A stretch of DNA of 64,000 bases from Candidatus Omnitrophota bacterium (GTDB taxonomy: Bacteria > Omnitrophota > Gorgyraeia > B26-G9): NCBI GenBank assembly GCA_043805415.1, contig JAZDHZ010000034.1, positions 101,478 to 165,477 on the forward strand, read 5' to 3'. Below are positions 38,601 to 46,819 of the stretch, in pieces. Below the pieces are notes generated by a model. That model had not been told where the DNA came from. It saw only the letters and a program-made list of their open reading frames with translations, and ran no database searches. Within the stretch, counting starts at the first letter, position 1, and every line of letters begins with the position of its first letter. A program made the translations under genes and the position numbers.

Positions 38601-41542
38601 TAACTGCTGAGGATCAACAGTTTTTAGCAAGTTTTATGGAAAAAAACTTTCCGGACGCGAATCCGCGGAATCCGCGAGACCGGCAGCTGGTGCTGGATAC
38701 TATTTTGGGTGGCAAAGCCTTGGCTTTAGCGGATATCTGGGGCCAGGACCAGACATATCTTTATCAGGTTGCTTTATTAAGTCAGGAATTCCGTTATGAT
38801 AAACAGATAATGCTGAATAATAATGATCCTAACGCAGCCAAAAGCCCGGCAGCTATGAGCAATCTGGAACAGGTCGGGGGAAGCAGCGGATTCCAAAGCT
38901 TTGCTCAAGACATGAGGTTTGTTTTCTTTTTAAATAGCGCGGATTATCCGATGCTGGGCATGCAGCAGTATCTTGACGCGGAACAAAAGGAAAAACAAGC
39001 AAAAGGGGAAAAAGAAAAAGCGCTTATTGACCGCAGAACAGCGATGATTGAAAAGAGCAATCAGGTTCAATCTTTAACCAATGTTTTGACCAGCGGAGTT
39101 GATGAAAACCTTAATATCATCGGCCTGGCTAAAGACACTGATCAGCTTCCTCAGGTTATAGCTTTAAAAGAATTTATCGATGAAGGCCTTGGATTAGGCA
39201 TATACGATGACGCGCAAAAAGCGCAGTTAATCTCGGAAATAAACAGCAGAAACGGACTGATTTTCCGGGGAATAGACAATCAGTTTGATCTAGCGGTAGA
39301 CGCTGCTTACATCGCGGAGCTTGCTCCGACTGTTGATGATATATTAATCAGTTCAAAATTTGCTGAAATTTTAAGTGAGCAGGAATTAGCGGAATTGACT
39401 TCTTCCTGGGAGATTAAGAAGTTTTCTCCTGGTCAAGCGATTGTCCAACAGGATATTCCTGATGCGCAAGGGGTTTTTCTGATCCTATCCGGAAATCTGG
39501 ATGTTTTTGTCAATGGATATCATGTGGGGGAAATTCCTCAGGGTGAGCTGTTTGGGGAAATGTCAGTGCTTGATAGTGCTTTGCGCAGCGCCACTGTAAG
39601 AGTTTCTCAGCTTGCCAGCCAGCAGGCGGTAATCGCGGAAATACCAGCGCCTGTATTCACTAAATTATTCGGGGCAAACCGACAGCTGAAACAAAAGATT
39701 AAAGCCCTGATTCAGACAAGAAAAGAAAATTCGCGAAAGGTTTTGGACGCGGAAGAAGAAAAAGATGATGAAGTAAAATTAAAACATAAATTTGAAAGCG
39801 GCCAGCTGGATACAGTGGTTTTTGTTGATGTTGATCTGATGCGTTTAACCAATCAGTATGTTGCCAAGAAAAATGTGAATGTTTTGCTTGATGTTCTGGA
39901 AACAGAATTTGAAAAAGTGATAAAAGCTCTGGGCGCTGAAAATGCCGTAAGCCTGCGCCGCGGAGGAGATGAATTTATTCTGGCAATTAATTCCCGCGAA
40001 AATAAGCAGCAAGCGATTGATATTGCCGCAAAACTTAAAAATAATGTTCAGAGCGCGAAATTTTCGCTTGCTTCAATCGGAACTGACAGGCTTTCTCAGG
40101 AAAGAATCGCGGAAATCGAAAGTTTTGGATGCGGCATAGACACGATCGGTAAGCATAATATTATAATTGTTGGGCAGAAAACAGGCGGTAAAACAGGCCG
40201 GGCTTGTGTGCAGGAATTTCTCGATACAGTCAATGCCATTAGCAGCTTAAAAAATCCGGAAAACCCGGAAGCGGAAGTTTTAAGCATTCAAAGCTCTTGG
40301 CTGGACCAGCCGGCTGTTAACAATGAAGTTAGTTTTACCTTGTCAATCGGCTTGGCAAATGTATCTGAAATTGACAATGTGCCTGGATCTAATCTTTATG
40401 AAAAAGCGCGCAACTTCGCGGCGCAAAGAAAAGATAAATCAAAAGAAATATTTAAAAAACTCGGAGATGGACATATTGAAGCTGTTTCCAGTTTCGCGCC
40501 CTTGGGCGTGGCTGGGGAGAGTATTCTTTTGACTGAGCAAGCAATTGCTGAGCACGCAGATTTCGAACAGCTGCAGGCTGAAGCTAATCGCCTGGAAGCT
40601 GAGCAAATGGAAGCTGAGCAAATCCCGACAGGCATCAGGCATAAGTTTGCCGAAGGTGAGGAGGTATTGTATTTTTCTTCAGAAAATGCCGCGCGGAGTC
40701 ATCTTAACGCGATGCGAGACAATCAGGAACTTAATGCGGCGATTGCTTTTTCGCTGCAAGGATTGGGTTATTATGATCAGGAAGGAAAGATTGATCAATA
40801 TAAAGCGGAATACTACACTTCCCCTGGGGCAGTTAAAGATAATCGGATAGATATCCGTGATTTTAAAGTGGTTAATGAAGCGCATGGCTATGTGGCGGGT
40901 GATGAAATTATCGCGCGCCTGCGCATCGGCGCGATGCGCTTTGCCAGGTTATTTGAGAACTTTGATCTGGTATTTGCCCGCGGCCCTCCGGCAGGACCAA
41001 ATGGATTTCTTATTCCAAAAACAAAACAAGCCGCTGAAATGAACCCAACAGAAGTGCAGGTAATGTTTGTTGAATATATGCGGCAAATAAGAGATTATTT
41101 TAATAAACCGAATGAATCGGCTGTAAAAGTCGGGCAGTTAAGAGTTGTTTGGGATCGAGTTAGCCAAGAGGATAAAAATATCGGAAATGTGATCGAGCGG
41201 ATTAGTCAGACACGCGCGGTTTATGAACAAAAAACTAAACCGAAAAAAGGCAGAAACATGGTTTTAAGATATGATCCTAGTATCCCGGATAAGTGGAGCT
41301 CATTAGCGGAACTTAATGCCCCGGATGCTGTCGCGCAGCTTGAGAATCTTAAAATTATATGGCAGCAAAATAAGCAGCAGTTAGATGCTTTTGCTAATTC
41401 CCGGAAAGTTAGCGGAACCCTGAGACTTGGCACAAAGATTGATTCCATAGATCCTGGATTGCGCGGACCTGCGTTTTCTCTGCAAGGTGATAATCTTAAT
41501 CAGCAATCAAAAAATATCTCTCTTCTGGAACAAGCGATTTAA
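32603..41542 (+). CDS. mega-protein (about 2980 aa): conserved leader, internal twin-arginine-like motif, lytic-transglycosylase-like segment, at least 6 TM helices, HExxH motif, arginase/deacetylase-like motif pair, P-loop nucleoside-kinase-like domain, HD domain, cNMP-binding domain, GGDEF domain (RRGGDEF) and a degenerate GGDEF domain
   Basis: ATG at 32603 (MNYKKSKFRL...); the listed ORF uses a TTG at 32582. Motifs: ITWVESKF..SYTNAIGVTQV; LVLSHEGHHAIL; IIHVDFHADD and FILDIDLDYF; IIAFDGPSGAGKTTL; IYLHDLGYF; GELFGEMSVLD..RSATVRV; VSLRRGGDEFILAI; IDIRDFKVVNEAHGYVAGDEII...FARGPPAG. The C-terminus ends in LLEQAI. Confidence 0.6.
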   Translation: MNYKKSKFRLIFRIISLVLIQAFLVLDFAWAIGGEFPIADKISQAATLAPKISLNTQEVWDAYVYSSQNSAKINELSLPSDQPMVNIPNQSPLISRRAFFKTVGQKVIGAAAVLTGADLILSAPAEARDLTVALSDLVINFDKGVAEAELNKYIAIIEAQGFKELYSLEKKQAQTLIRIKGLFPLNAEKLSYALNAQAKARGLAKGFVVTASDASWKQSLTYRSMQAFANKVARLSASLGFGEIDSPQLIGLYEGITWVESKFNQWETDAQGRIRPVRSYTNAIGVTQVIESQAVKQIARWIVTHKGGISRYAEIMNELERMISSDSEKLKKSLKANKKFGEEAEALKQFNVYADFAAYKNAGSDIEKQKQIIQRIHRKINSNPKLIGVNLYYALAVWQYLQNRNNLRAGVTAELAESMGQTGQGLTRKNLPLIESGSGAYQPMDLEKAGLQFESDYFRLNLLYQMINPEKIAELLQGAESKILVNTMEYLSRQMMTKIGNQKLGYTYLTLNWDRYRRLELRKNKNNQYEFTERPLSYFQNKPNGFSVSLAAAASYNSGTGSVDDALLNFGNAVDANNLPLWIKNMIGANPQNIREPINYLRVFLEDKFNNTGDLSAQEQKIKNELIAERYKRVYKIQDRLLEKRALIHKNKVRIYAAYRRDDGFDYKLAAWVAQIAGSDYVDSFLRTHGLDKKWQEEILKSSQTLDILAPALADVNSPGYAAAVNIRRYLDSKQLASLAKRQEAFKSKEQARIARIELAKQISKEKQWQKTLEGMTSWAMRSTVGVASLGAAGAIAWIINRRVKLGKKPVPSLIYRLPLQGFWILGFVTVRLFAIVGKILFGTGKYVFSFFAKAKPRINKPRSALLADQKVVRNNRVKQAENRYKNKNRFFSIANLKKLILGSILLAIIAWPFASPAFSHASQKQAQAPPAISLSQEFKKGLIEISKKSDHKQLNAQGELTTIKANLKKNLEFSNSKARERVEQINQLAERNWQKAYVNGELDEYITKRGQSEDALAIGKALFILQSAAPEIYQGLKKYNASIYLAEIPFYGYARGSRVFGLGGKPMVFVNKDFLNNPFKIALVLSHEGHHAILLPKDLLESALRYNFFTFIRDVLYSIPQGEKEAFEIQAGVARVFYIEPIKGNMSYDPLDVEIAYGSQKWQIVGLDILGTGLFNVIPLIAGWLILKFFMNSSRAGKSRDYQRSGSGGLSNLINSNSRNNKRLIRKGRGKRKGNFFWSIILIPLLAFQFSSFLSPAITQASDVFIQPQEKTEITEYKNEQIINPILGTDLKVNSHFGPQEGKHNNALADWSEAVIRGVIQPNADIIHVDFHADDSGAVMDADMLALNEVKNLKTSQEKIQAVRDIAAHLRIDSFYYPAYLTGPTGQSILGTTFWVRPEAEWQGAAKEQYIVSAPYGTFPTDHPEKYPNDKRIKRYELNADDLSLVGKNAQLKNGFILDIDLDYFTLHREDMNWVYMRELLERKDEASQKLAKSILKTVHYQPTRQQLQKNIDLFIDQLAKLHERGIDPGIISVFESPNFTAYADAKWVNDQLVKGFKAIYGKGSALAAKDQKPKSAASSGWKKISIMGLVSVISASFANLFSVANLWAMENGADKAFASSDFKSIVTYLITIALIGFLVKSGLKALSLAKQKNAEQQAAVIVPSQAALDKLKKLDTDISALFAQGKTQVIIAFDGPSGAGKTTLANYIKAVGIAGIQPSEIQVLSRDDYAVGGDYNEANIVILEKIWHRGKLVIVEGNGIQWASAVLAADAAYANPDIFVKITAAEQLRKQRLLEKGLSESAASERIRTASGPDSGLFDIIIQDPYIEVNSLRKSAEYIKAESILRSYPNDSGLALIREFVLDQMLSSDRRGIIVYHNERHLNELFEFFDAISKHLPFKNKASAERLIRMAIYLHDLGYFYSEDGLLIPGHEQRSKDEVLEFVKKNPGILSAVEVQSIMYLIDKTQLKTGDAIKNEISDDNKTYDLLDRINNAQESGLTAEDQQFLASFMEKNFPDANPRNPRDRQLVLDTILGGKALALADIWGQDQTYLYQVALLSQEFRYDKQIMLNNNDPNAAKSPAAMSNLEQVGGSSGFQSFAQDMRFVFFLNSADYPMLGMQQYLDAEQKEKQAKGEKEKALIDRRTAMIEKSNQVQSLTNVLTSGVDENLNIIGLAKDTDQLPQVIALKEFIDEGLGLGIYDDAQKAQLISEINSRNGLIFRGIDNQFDLAVDAAYIAELAPTVDDILISSKFAEILSEQELAELTSSWEIKKFSPGQAIVQQDIPDAQGVFLILSGNLDVFVNGYHVGEIPQGELFGEMSVLDSALRSATVRVSQLASQQAVIAEIPAPVFTKLFGANRQLKQKIKALIQTRKENSRKVLDAEEEKDDEVKLKHKFESGQLDTVVFVDVDLMRLTNQYVAKKNVNVLLDVLETEFEKVIKALGAENAVSLRRGGDEFILAINSRENKQQAIDIAAKLKNNVQSAKFSLASIGTDRLSQERIAEIESFGCGIDTIGKHNIIIVGQKTGGKTGRACVQEFLDTVNAISSLKNPENPEAEVLSIQSSWLDQPAVNNEVSFTLSIGLANVSEIDNVPGSNLYEKARNFAAQRKDKSKEIFKKLGDGHIEAVSSFAPLGVAGESILLTEQAIAEHADFEQLQAEANRLEAEQMEAEQIPTGIRHKFAEGEEVLYFSSENAARSHLNAMRDNQELNAAIAFSLQGLGYYDQEGKIDQYKAEYYTSPGAVKDNRIDIRDFKVVNEAHGYVAGDEIIARLRIGAMRFARLFENFDLVFARGPPAGPNGFLIPKTKQAAEMNPTEVQVMFVEYMRQIRDYFNKPNESAVKVGQLRVVWDRVSQEDKNIGNVIERISQTRAVYEQKTKPKKGRNMVLRYDPSIPDKWSSLAELNAPDAVAQLENLKIIWQQNKQQLDAFANSRKVSGTLRLGTKIDSIDPGLRGPAFSLQGDNLNQQSKNISLLEQAI

Positions 41543-41630
41543 ATTATTCCTAATTTATAAGTAATTACTTGCCAAGCACTTACAATCCTGGAAAACCCTG
41601 CGCCAAAACCCCTGATTTGCTTGTAAAACC

Positions 41631-41649
41631 ATAAGCTTTATGGTATACT
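41631..41649 (+). promoter_or_regulatory. sigma70-type promoter TTGTAA-17nt-TGG-TATACT
   Basis: Near-consensus hexamers with 17-nt spacer, about 75 nt upstream of the 41723 gene. Confidence 0.55.
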
Positions 41650-41722
41650 TAAAACCTTTTTAAATTAATACAAAAGTGTGTAACATCTTTATTTACTATT
41701 AGTTAATGTTTAATGCGAGGAG

Positions 41723-43429
41723 TTGATTTTGAACTTAAAATTTCTTAAATGCGCAATGATTTTATTTATGGTTTTTCTCCTGAATACAAAAAATTGCTTT
41801 GCTGATTTGCTTTCTGAATCTTTTCTTAGCCCGGTATCAAATATTGATCTGGGATCATTGCAAAAAACATTTACCTATTTAGTAAATGAGCAAACTTATT
41901 CAGAATATAAAGCAATCTTTGAAATCAATGATCAGGATAAACCGCGGCGCGATCTTAAAGCGCGGGATTTAGAAGATTTTTTACAAGTCATAACCGATAT
42001 TCGCTTGATCCTGGAAATGTTTTCCCAGGGAAATGCGTTTAAAGGAATTATGAACCAGGCAGATAAAGAAACAATAGATGATTTCCTGAGCAATCATCCG
42101 GATGAGATTGAGCTGCTGAAAGATTCAGGAATTAAACCTGTTCTTAGCGCTATCCTTGAGCGCGCTTTGGCGCAGCTGGCTGCAAGGCAAAGAGCGGTCC
42201 CGTCTTTGGCTGAAACCATGTATAAGGAATTAATTTTTAGATTAAAAACAAAGCTGGAAACAGCCGCGGGAATGCTTAAGACAGGCATGCCGATTAAATC
42301 AATCAATTTTAATCAGGAAATACTTTCCTATCTAAAACCAGAAACCCTTAACCGGATAATCGAAAACATTAACTGGCAAAATCAAGACCCTGATGATTAT
42401 AGCGGGCAAAGAAAGATTATTTTAAACCTGGATAAACCAATTGTTTTGGAAAACGGTAAAATAATCAACTCAATTGAAATCAAAGGAGTTGTTTACCGAA
42501 AAGATGAGGTTGCGGTTACTCCTTTACAGGAGAGGTTTAACACAATAAAAGTTCCAAGATTAGACAAAAACAATCTAACTGCTTTGAAAAAAAGAGTACA
42601 TTTAAAAGGCGGAATGCCTTTTGCCGCGGCTAAAAGAGAATATATGATTTTAGAAAAACTTTACGCGCAAGGTAATTACCAGTATGATTATCCCATCGGA
42701 TACGGCAGGTATAAGAATTATACGTTCCAGGGCAAACAATTTGGATTTATCATCACAGGTGTGGAAAATTCAAGGCGAACAAGAATGGGCGACTGGTTTT
42801 TTGATAACTATCAGGAGATTTTTGATTTACTCACGATTGATAAAGTCAGATTCGCTAATTTAGCAGTAGAACTCTTTGAGGTTCATGAAACTTTTCTCAG
42901 GCATTATGGCCGGGAGTTGCGGAGGTTTCATGACAGCGGATTTTATCATGGTTATCCGCATACTTTAAATGTAAGCTGGGATAAAGAATTTAAAAATATC
43001 GTGCTTAATGATTTTGAAGCCAGCAAGCTGATTTCCCATTTGCCTGTTGAAAAAAGAGTTGGCTACCGATTGATAGATCTAAGCTCGGCTTATGCCCATT
43101 TTATTTACTTTCTTACCAATGATCGGGATTTAATGGAACTAGCGGCGTTTTCCGAAGGCATGAATCATCTGAATAATCCTTTTCGCTATTTTCTTCAGGG
43201 GTATTTTGGCAATGATTTGCCAAATTTTAATTTTGATGGTTTTATGAGTGAAGCTATTTATCCGGCGGTTGTGTCCGGGGTAGATGTGATTAATGACCTG
43301 GATCAGGATATTGTGAGTAAACTTTTGAATATTGAAGGCGCGGATTATAAGCGAGTTAAGTATATTGATCAAATTGTTTTTGATGCGCAGGGCTTTGTAA
43401 ATGAACTTGCCTGTCAAGAAGCGATCTAG
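41723..43429 (+). CDS. hypothetical secreted protein, 568 aa (TTG start; the alternative TTG at 41729 is better spaced from the GAGGAG RBS). A faint kinase-like pattern (HGYPHTLNV...LNDFEAS) is not convincing.
   Basis: Signal peptide; the C-terminus ends in CQEAI. Confidence 0.4.
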   Translation: MILNLKFLKCAMILFMVFLLNTKNCFADLLSESFLSPVSNIDLGSLQKTFTYLVNEQTYSEYKAIFEINDQDKPRRDLKARDLEDFLQVITDIRLILEMFSQGNAFKGIMNQADKETIDDFLSNHPDEIELLKDSGIKPVLSAILERALAQLAARQRAVPSLAETMYKELIFRLKTKLETAAGMLKTGMPIKSINFNQEILSYLKPETLNRIIENINWQNQDPDDYSGQRKIILNLDKPIVLENGKIINSIEIKGVVYRKDEVAVTPLQERFNTIKVPRLDKNNLTALKKRVHLKGGMPFAAAKREYMILEKLYAQGNYQYDYPIGYGRYKNYTFQGKQFGFIITGVENSRRTRMGDWFFDNYQEIFDLLTIDKVRFANLAVELFEVHETFLRHYGRELRRFHDSGFYHGYPHTLNVSWDKEFKNIVLNDFEASKLISHLPVEKRVGYRLIDLSSAYAHFIYFLTNDRDLMELAAFSEGMNHLNNPFRYFLQGYFGNDLPNFNFDGFMSEAIYPAVVSGVDVINDLDQDIVSKLLNIEGADYKRVKYIDQIVFDAQGFVNELACQEAI

Positions 43430-43625
43430 GCTCAAATATTAAAATTTTTAAAAAAATTGTAATCTTTATACTTATTCAAAAGAGGTTGTTTTTTTTAGTG
43501 GCTGTTCTGCCGCGGGTAGTGAGCTTATTGAGTTTTTTGTGGCTCAATCAATATAGTCGAAGTATTTATCTTGCCTTGTTGTTTCTCCCTTGCTAAAATG
43601 ATATTTATCAAGGAGGACACTAAAA

Positions 43626-45791
43626 ATGCCTTTATATAATTCCCAGCAAAAAGTACAATCCGGAATGCCTTTGGGCGGTATCGGCGCCGGCAAATTCGAA
43701 ATCACGCCTTATGGGACCATTGATTATATAACCTATCAAAATAACTGGAGCCGGCCGATAGCCAATCAAAGTAATAAAGCCCAAGGTAAGGCTCTGGGAA
43801 TTACGGGTTTTCACTTTGCCTTATATGTTAATACGCAGGCAGCGGCGATCTGCAAGCTTCTGCAAACCGAACCCATCAGCGCTTATAATACAATTCAAGC
43901 CATAGATTTCTTTGGAAAGTTTCCCTTGGCGCGGCTGGTATATAAAGACGATAATCTGCCGGTGGACATATCGCTGACTGTTTATTCCCATCTTATTCCC
44001 GGGGATATTAAAAACTCCAGCTTGCCAGGGGCGGTGTTTGAATTTGATCTTAGCAATAAACTGGATAAAAATATTGAAGTGGCAATAATGTTTATCGGCC
44101 GAAATCTTGTTTCAAGAAATTCCGTGGGCAGAATTAATAATTTTAAGCAGGAACATGATTTGGCTGGTCTGGAGTTTACCCACACAAAACCTTTAAGCCA
44201 TGATGAACAAGCTGGAGATACTTTTATCTGTTTGCCCAAAGACATTGGTAAAATCAGTTTTTTAAGCGGCTGGAACATGCAAAAGGAAAACTTTATTTTT
44301 GAGCCAAAAGTCGGGCTGGATGCTTTGGATTATTTTAGCAGTCATGGCAGATTGCCGAATATTAAAATGAAAGAACCGACCCAAAGCCAGAGCATTGAAT
44401 TAGGCGGGGCATTAGCAGTTAGTTTTAATTTAGCGGCGCGGCAGAATAAAAAAGTTCCGTTTATTTATTCTTGGCATTTCCCCCAGCATTTTCAAGGCCA
44501 TGTTTATGAAAAGTATTTTAAAAAAAGCCGCGATGTCGCGGTATATATTAATCGCAACAAAGATGAGCTTTTTAAAAAAACCGCTTGCCTGCCGAATATA
44601 TTGGAGCGCATGGGCTTAGAAGACTGGCTGTCTGACGCCTTATTAAATAATCTATATACCTTGTTTTCTTCGAGCTGGCTTACCCGCAAAGCTGACTTTA
44701 CCATGTATGAGGCCCCGATAATCTGTCCTTTAATGGGTACGCTGGATGTTTATTTTTACGCTTCAACGGCAATTGGTTTATTGTTTCCTTCATTAGATAA
44801 AAAAGCATTGAGTTTATTTAAACAGCATATTCGTAAATCAGGATATGTGCCGCATGATATTGGTTTAGAGCGGATTGATCTTCCTTCTAATGGGACTACG
44901 ATGGTATTGTGGAAAGATTTAAATCCCAAGTTTATTCTTTCCTGTTACCGCGCTTTCTGCGAGACAAAGGACCTTAAGTTTTTAAAAGAAGTTTATCCGG
45001 TTATGAAAAAAGCCTTTGAATATAGTTTAAAACTGGATAAAGACGGAGATGGTTTGCCGGATAATGAAGGTTTTGACACCACCTTTGATACTTGGGGATT
45101 TAAAGGCGCCAGTGCTTATAATGGCGGAGTGTTTCTGGTCAGCCTTTTGGCTTTAAGACGCGTGGCTGAGCAGTTTAATGATAAAAAACTGGCGAAAAGA
45201 TGCATTGATCTATTTAGCAAAGGAAGAAAGAGTTTTGAGCAAAAACTCTGGAACGGCAAATATTATATTACTGCCAAAAGCGCGGAGCAAAGTTATGAAT
45301 CCTGCATTCTTGGCCAGCTGACGGGCCAATGGTACGCTTATTTACTCGGCCTGGGCAGAATTTTCCCTGAAGAAAATATTAAAAGCGCGATAAAGTGGAT
45401 TTTAAAATTAAATGAAAAAGATTCAAAATACGGCGCGACCAATTCAGTATTTATGGATAAAAAAAGAGATCTGGAATCTTATCACTCCCAGAATATCTGG
45501 CCTGGAGTGTGTTATTCTTTTGCTGCTTTAGCCATATATGAGGGATTTGTTAAAGAAGGTTTGAAATTAACTAAAAAAGTCTGGAATACAATATCAGTAA
45601 AAAATAAAAATCCCTGGAACCAGTCGGATGTGATTATTGCTAAAGACGGCAGTTATGGTTTTGGCGATTATTATATGCGCAATTCAGTTATTTGGGCTGT
45701 GCTGATTGCTTTGGCTGAGAATAATCCCGCAGTTGCCAGCGGAATAGCTGAGATCCGGAAAATGGTTCAGTCTTCAGAGCCAAAAGGATAG
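43626..45791 (+). CDS. glycoside hydrolase family 116 protein (GBA2-type beta-glucosidase/glucosylceramidase-like)
   Basis: AAGGAGG RBS. The N-terminus QSGMPLGGIGAGKFEITPYGTIDYITYQNNW matches the GH116 N-terminal domain signature. Large C-terminal (alpha/alpha)6-like region. Confidence 0.7.
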   Translation: MPLYNSQQKVQSGMPLGGIGAGKFEITPYGTIDYITYQNNWSRPIANQSNKAQGKALGITGFHFALYVNTQAAAICKLLQTEPISAYNTIQAIDFFGKFPLARLVYKDDNLPVDISLTVYSHLIPGDIKNSSLPGAVFEFDLSNKLDKNIEVAIMFIGRNLVSRNSVGRINNFKQEHDLAGLEFTHTKPLSHDEQAGDTFICLPKDIGKISFLSGWNMQKENFIFEPKVGLDALDYFSSHGRLPNIKMKEPTQSQSIELGGALAVSFNLAARQNKKVPFIYSWHFPQHFQGHVYEKYFKKSRDVAVYINRNKDELFKKTACLPNILERMGLEDWLSDALLNNLYTLFSSSWLTRKADFTMYEAPIICPLMGTLDVYFYASTAIGLLFPSLDKKALSLFKQHIRKSGYVPHDIGLERIDLPSNGTTMVLWKDLNPKFILSCYRAFCETKDLKFLKEVYPVMKKAFEYSLKLDKDGDGLPDNEGFDTTFDTWGFKGASAYNGGVFLVSLLALRRVAEQFNDKKLAKRCIDLFSKGRKSFEQKLWNGKYYITAKSAEQSYESCILGQLTGQWYAYLLGLGRIFPEENIKSAIKWILKLNEKDSKYGATNSVFMDKKRDLESYHSQNIWPGVCYSFAALAIYEGFVKEGLKLTKKVWNTISVKNKNPWNQSDVIIAKDGSYGFGDYYMRNSVIWAVLIALAENNPAVASGIAEIRKMVQSSEPKG

Positions 45792-45798
45792 AAAACTT

Positions 45799-46215
45799 AT
45801 GCGCCGGTTCAGAGTTCCCGATAGCTTATCAATGCTTACGGTTTTTATTTATAAATATCCGCTGTTTTGTTTGTTTGTGTTTTTAAGCGTGGTTTTAATG
45901 CTCATAACCATGGCCTTATCTTTTGGCGCGATAAATTATAAATGGGAAAAACGCTGCGCCAGAATGCTGATTTTTTGCATGATTCCGGTTTGCAGCTGGA
46001 TGGCGTATTTTCTTCAGCCGGTTTTCTCTCCTTGGTTAATTACTGCGCTGCTCTGGCTGATTTTTCCTTTGAGTTTTCTTAAAAACAAAATCAAAGCCAA
46101 AATAGAAAAAAATATTCAGGTTTCTAAAATAAAAGGCTGGGTATGCAAGCAGTGTAAAACTGTTAATGAAGATCTGTTTCTGGTTTGCAAAAAATGTAAA
46201 GTTCCTAAGCAATAA
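45799..46215 (+). CDS. hypothetical membrane protein with C-terminal zinc-ribbon (CKQCKTV...CKKCK)
   Basis: Three hydrophobic helices followed by a CxxC...CxxC motif. Confidence 0.4.
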   Translation: MRRFRVPDSLSMLTVFIYKYPLFCLFVFLSVVLMLITMALSFGAINYKWEKRCARMLIFCMIPVCSWMAYFLQPVFSPWLITALLWLIFPLSFLKNKIKAKIEKNIQVSKIKGWVCKQCKTVNEDLFLVCKKCKVPKQ

Positions 46216-46238
46216 CTTGTTTGTCAGCAGTGAAGTAA

Positions 46239-46267
46239 TTGCAAACATATCGCTACTGTGGTATAAT
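46239..46267 (+). promoter_or_regulatory. sigma70-type promoter TTGCAA-17nt-TGG-TATAAT upstream of smpB
   Basis: Near-consensus hexamers with 17-nt spacer and extended -10. Confidence 0.6.
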
Positions 46268-46275
46268 CCTCGTCT

Positions 46276-46731
46276 ATGGAAAAAAAAATCATTGCGTCTA
46301 ATAAGCGGGCAGCGCATCGCTATGAGATTATTGAAAAAATCGAAGCTGGCATTGAATTGCAAGGCACAGAGGTTAAATCACTCAGAGCCAATCAGGTTGA
46401 CTTAAAAGACAGCTTTGCCAGAATTGACGGCGGACAGATTTTTTTGCATAGTTTATACTTAAGTCCCTATGAAAAAGCAAGTTATAATAATGCTGATCCC
46501 AAAAGAGTCAGAAAGCTTTTACTGCATAAAAAGCAGATTACCAAGCTGTTTGCGAAAATGCGGGAAAAAGGCTATACTTTAATAGCTTTGAATATTTACT
46601 TTAATGATAAAGGCCGGGCAAAAGTCGAACTGGCTTTGGCCAAAGGCCGCAAATTGTACGATCAGCGGGAAAAGATTAAAGATAAAGAAACTGAACAGCG
46701 TTTGCGCAAGATAAGCAGCATTCGGAAATAA
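46276..46731 (+). CDS. smpB: SsrA-binding protein SmpB
   Basis: NKRAAHRYEIIEKIEAGIELQGTEVKSLRA...; about 150 aa with a basic C-terminal tail. Confidence 0.9.
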   Translation: MEKKIIASNKRAAHRYEIIEKIEAGIELQGTEVKSLRANQVDLKDSFARIDGGQIFLHSLYLSPYEKASYNNADPKRVRKLLLHKKQITKLFAKMREKGYTLIALNIYFNDKGRAKVELALAKGRKLYDQREKIKDKETEQRLRKISSIRK

Positions 46732-46748
46732 ATGGCTAATGGTCAATG

Positions 46749-46813
46749 GTCGATAGTCAATAGTTTTTACTTTAAACTATAAGCCATAAGCTATTAGCTA
46801 TCGACTTTTTTTT
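46749..46813 (+). terminator. imperfect long hairpin (GTCGATAGTCAATAG...CTATTAGCTATCGAC) followed by T8, between smpB and the tmRNA 5' end
   Basis: Inverted repeat with two central mismatches and a U-tract ending 6 nt before the tmRNA 5' end. Confidence 0.4.
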
Positions 46814-46819
46814 AGATTG

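Noticed and set aside
41723-43429. Atypical protein-kinase-like domain in the 568-aa secreted protein (HGYPHTLNV...LNDFEAS)
   Set aside because: The catalytic Asp is not in the expected HxD position and no glycine-rich loop or VAIK lysine is evident. The resemblance is too weak to call.
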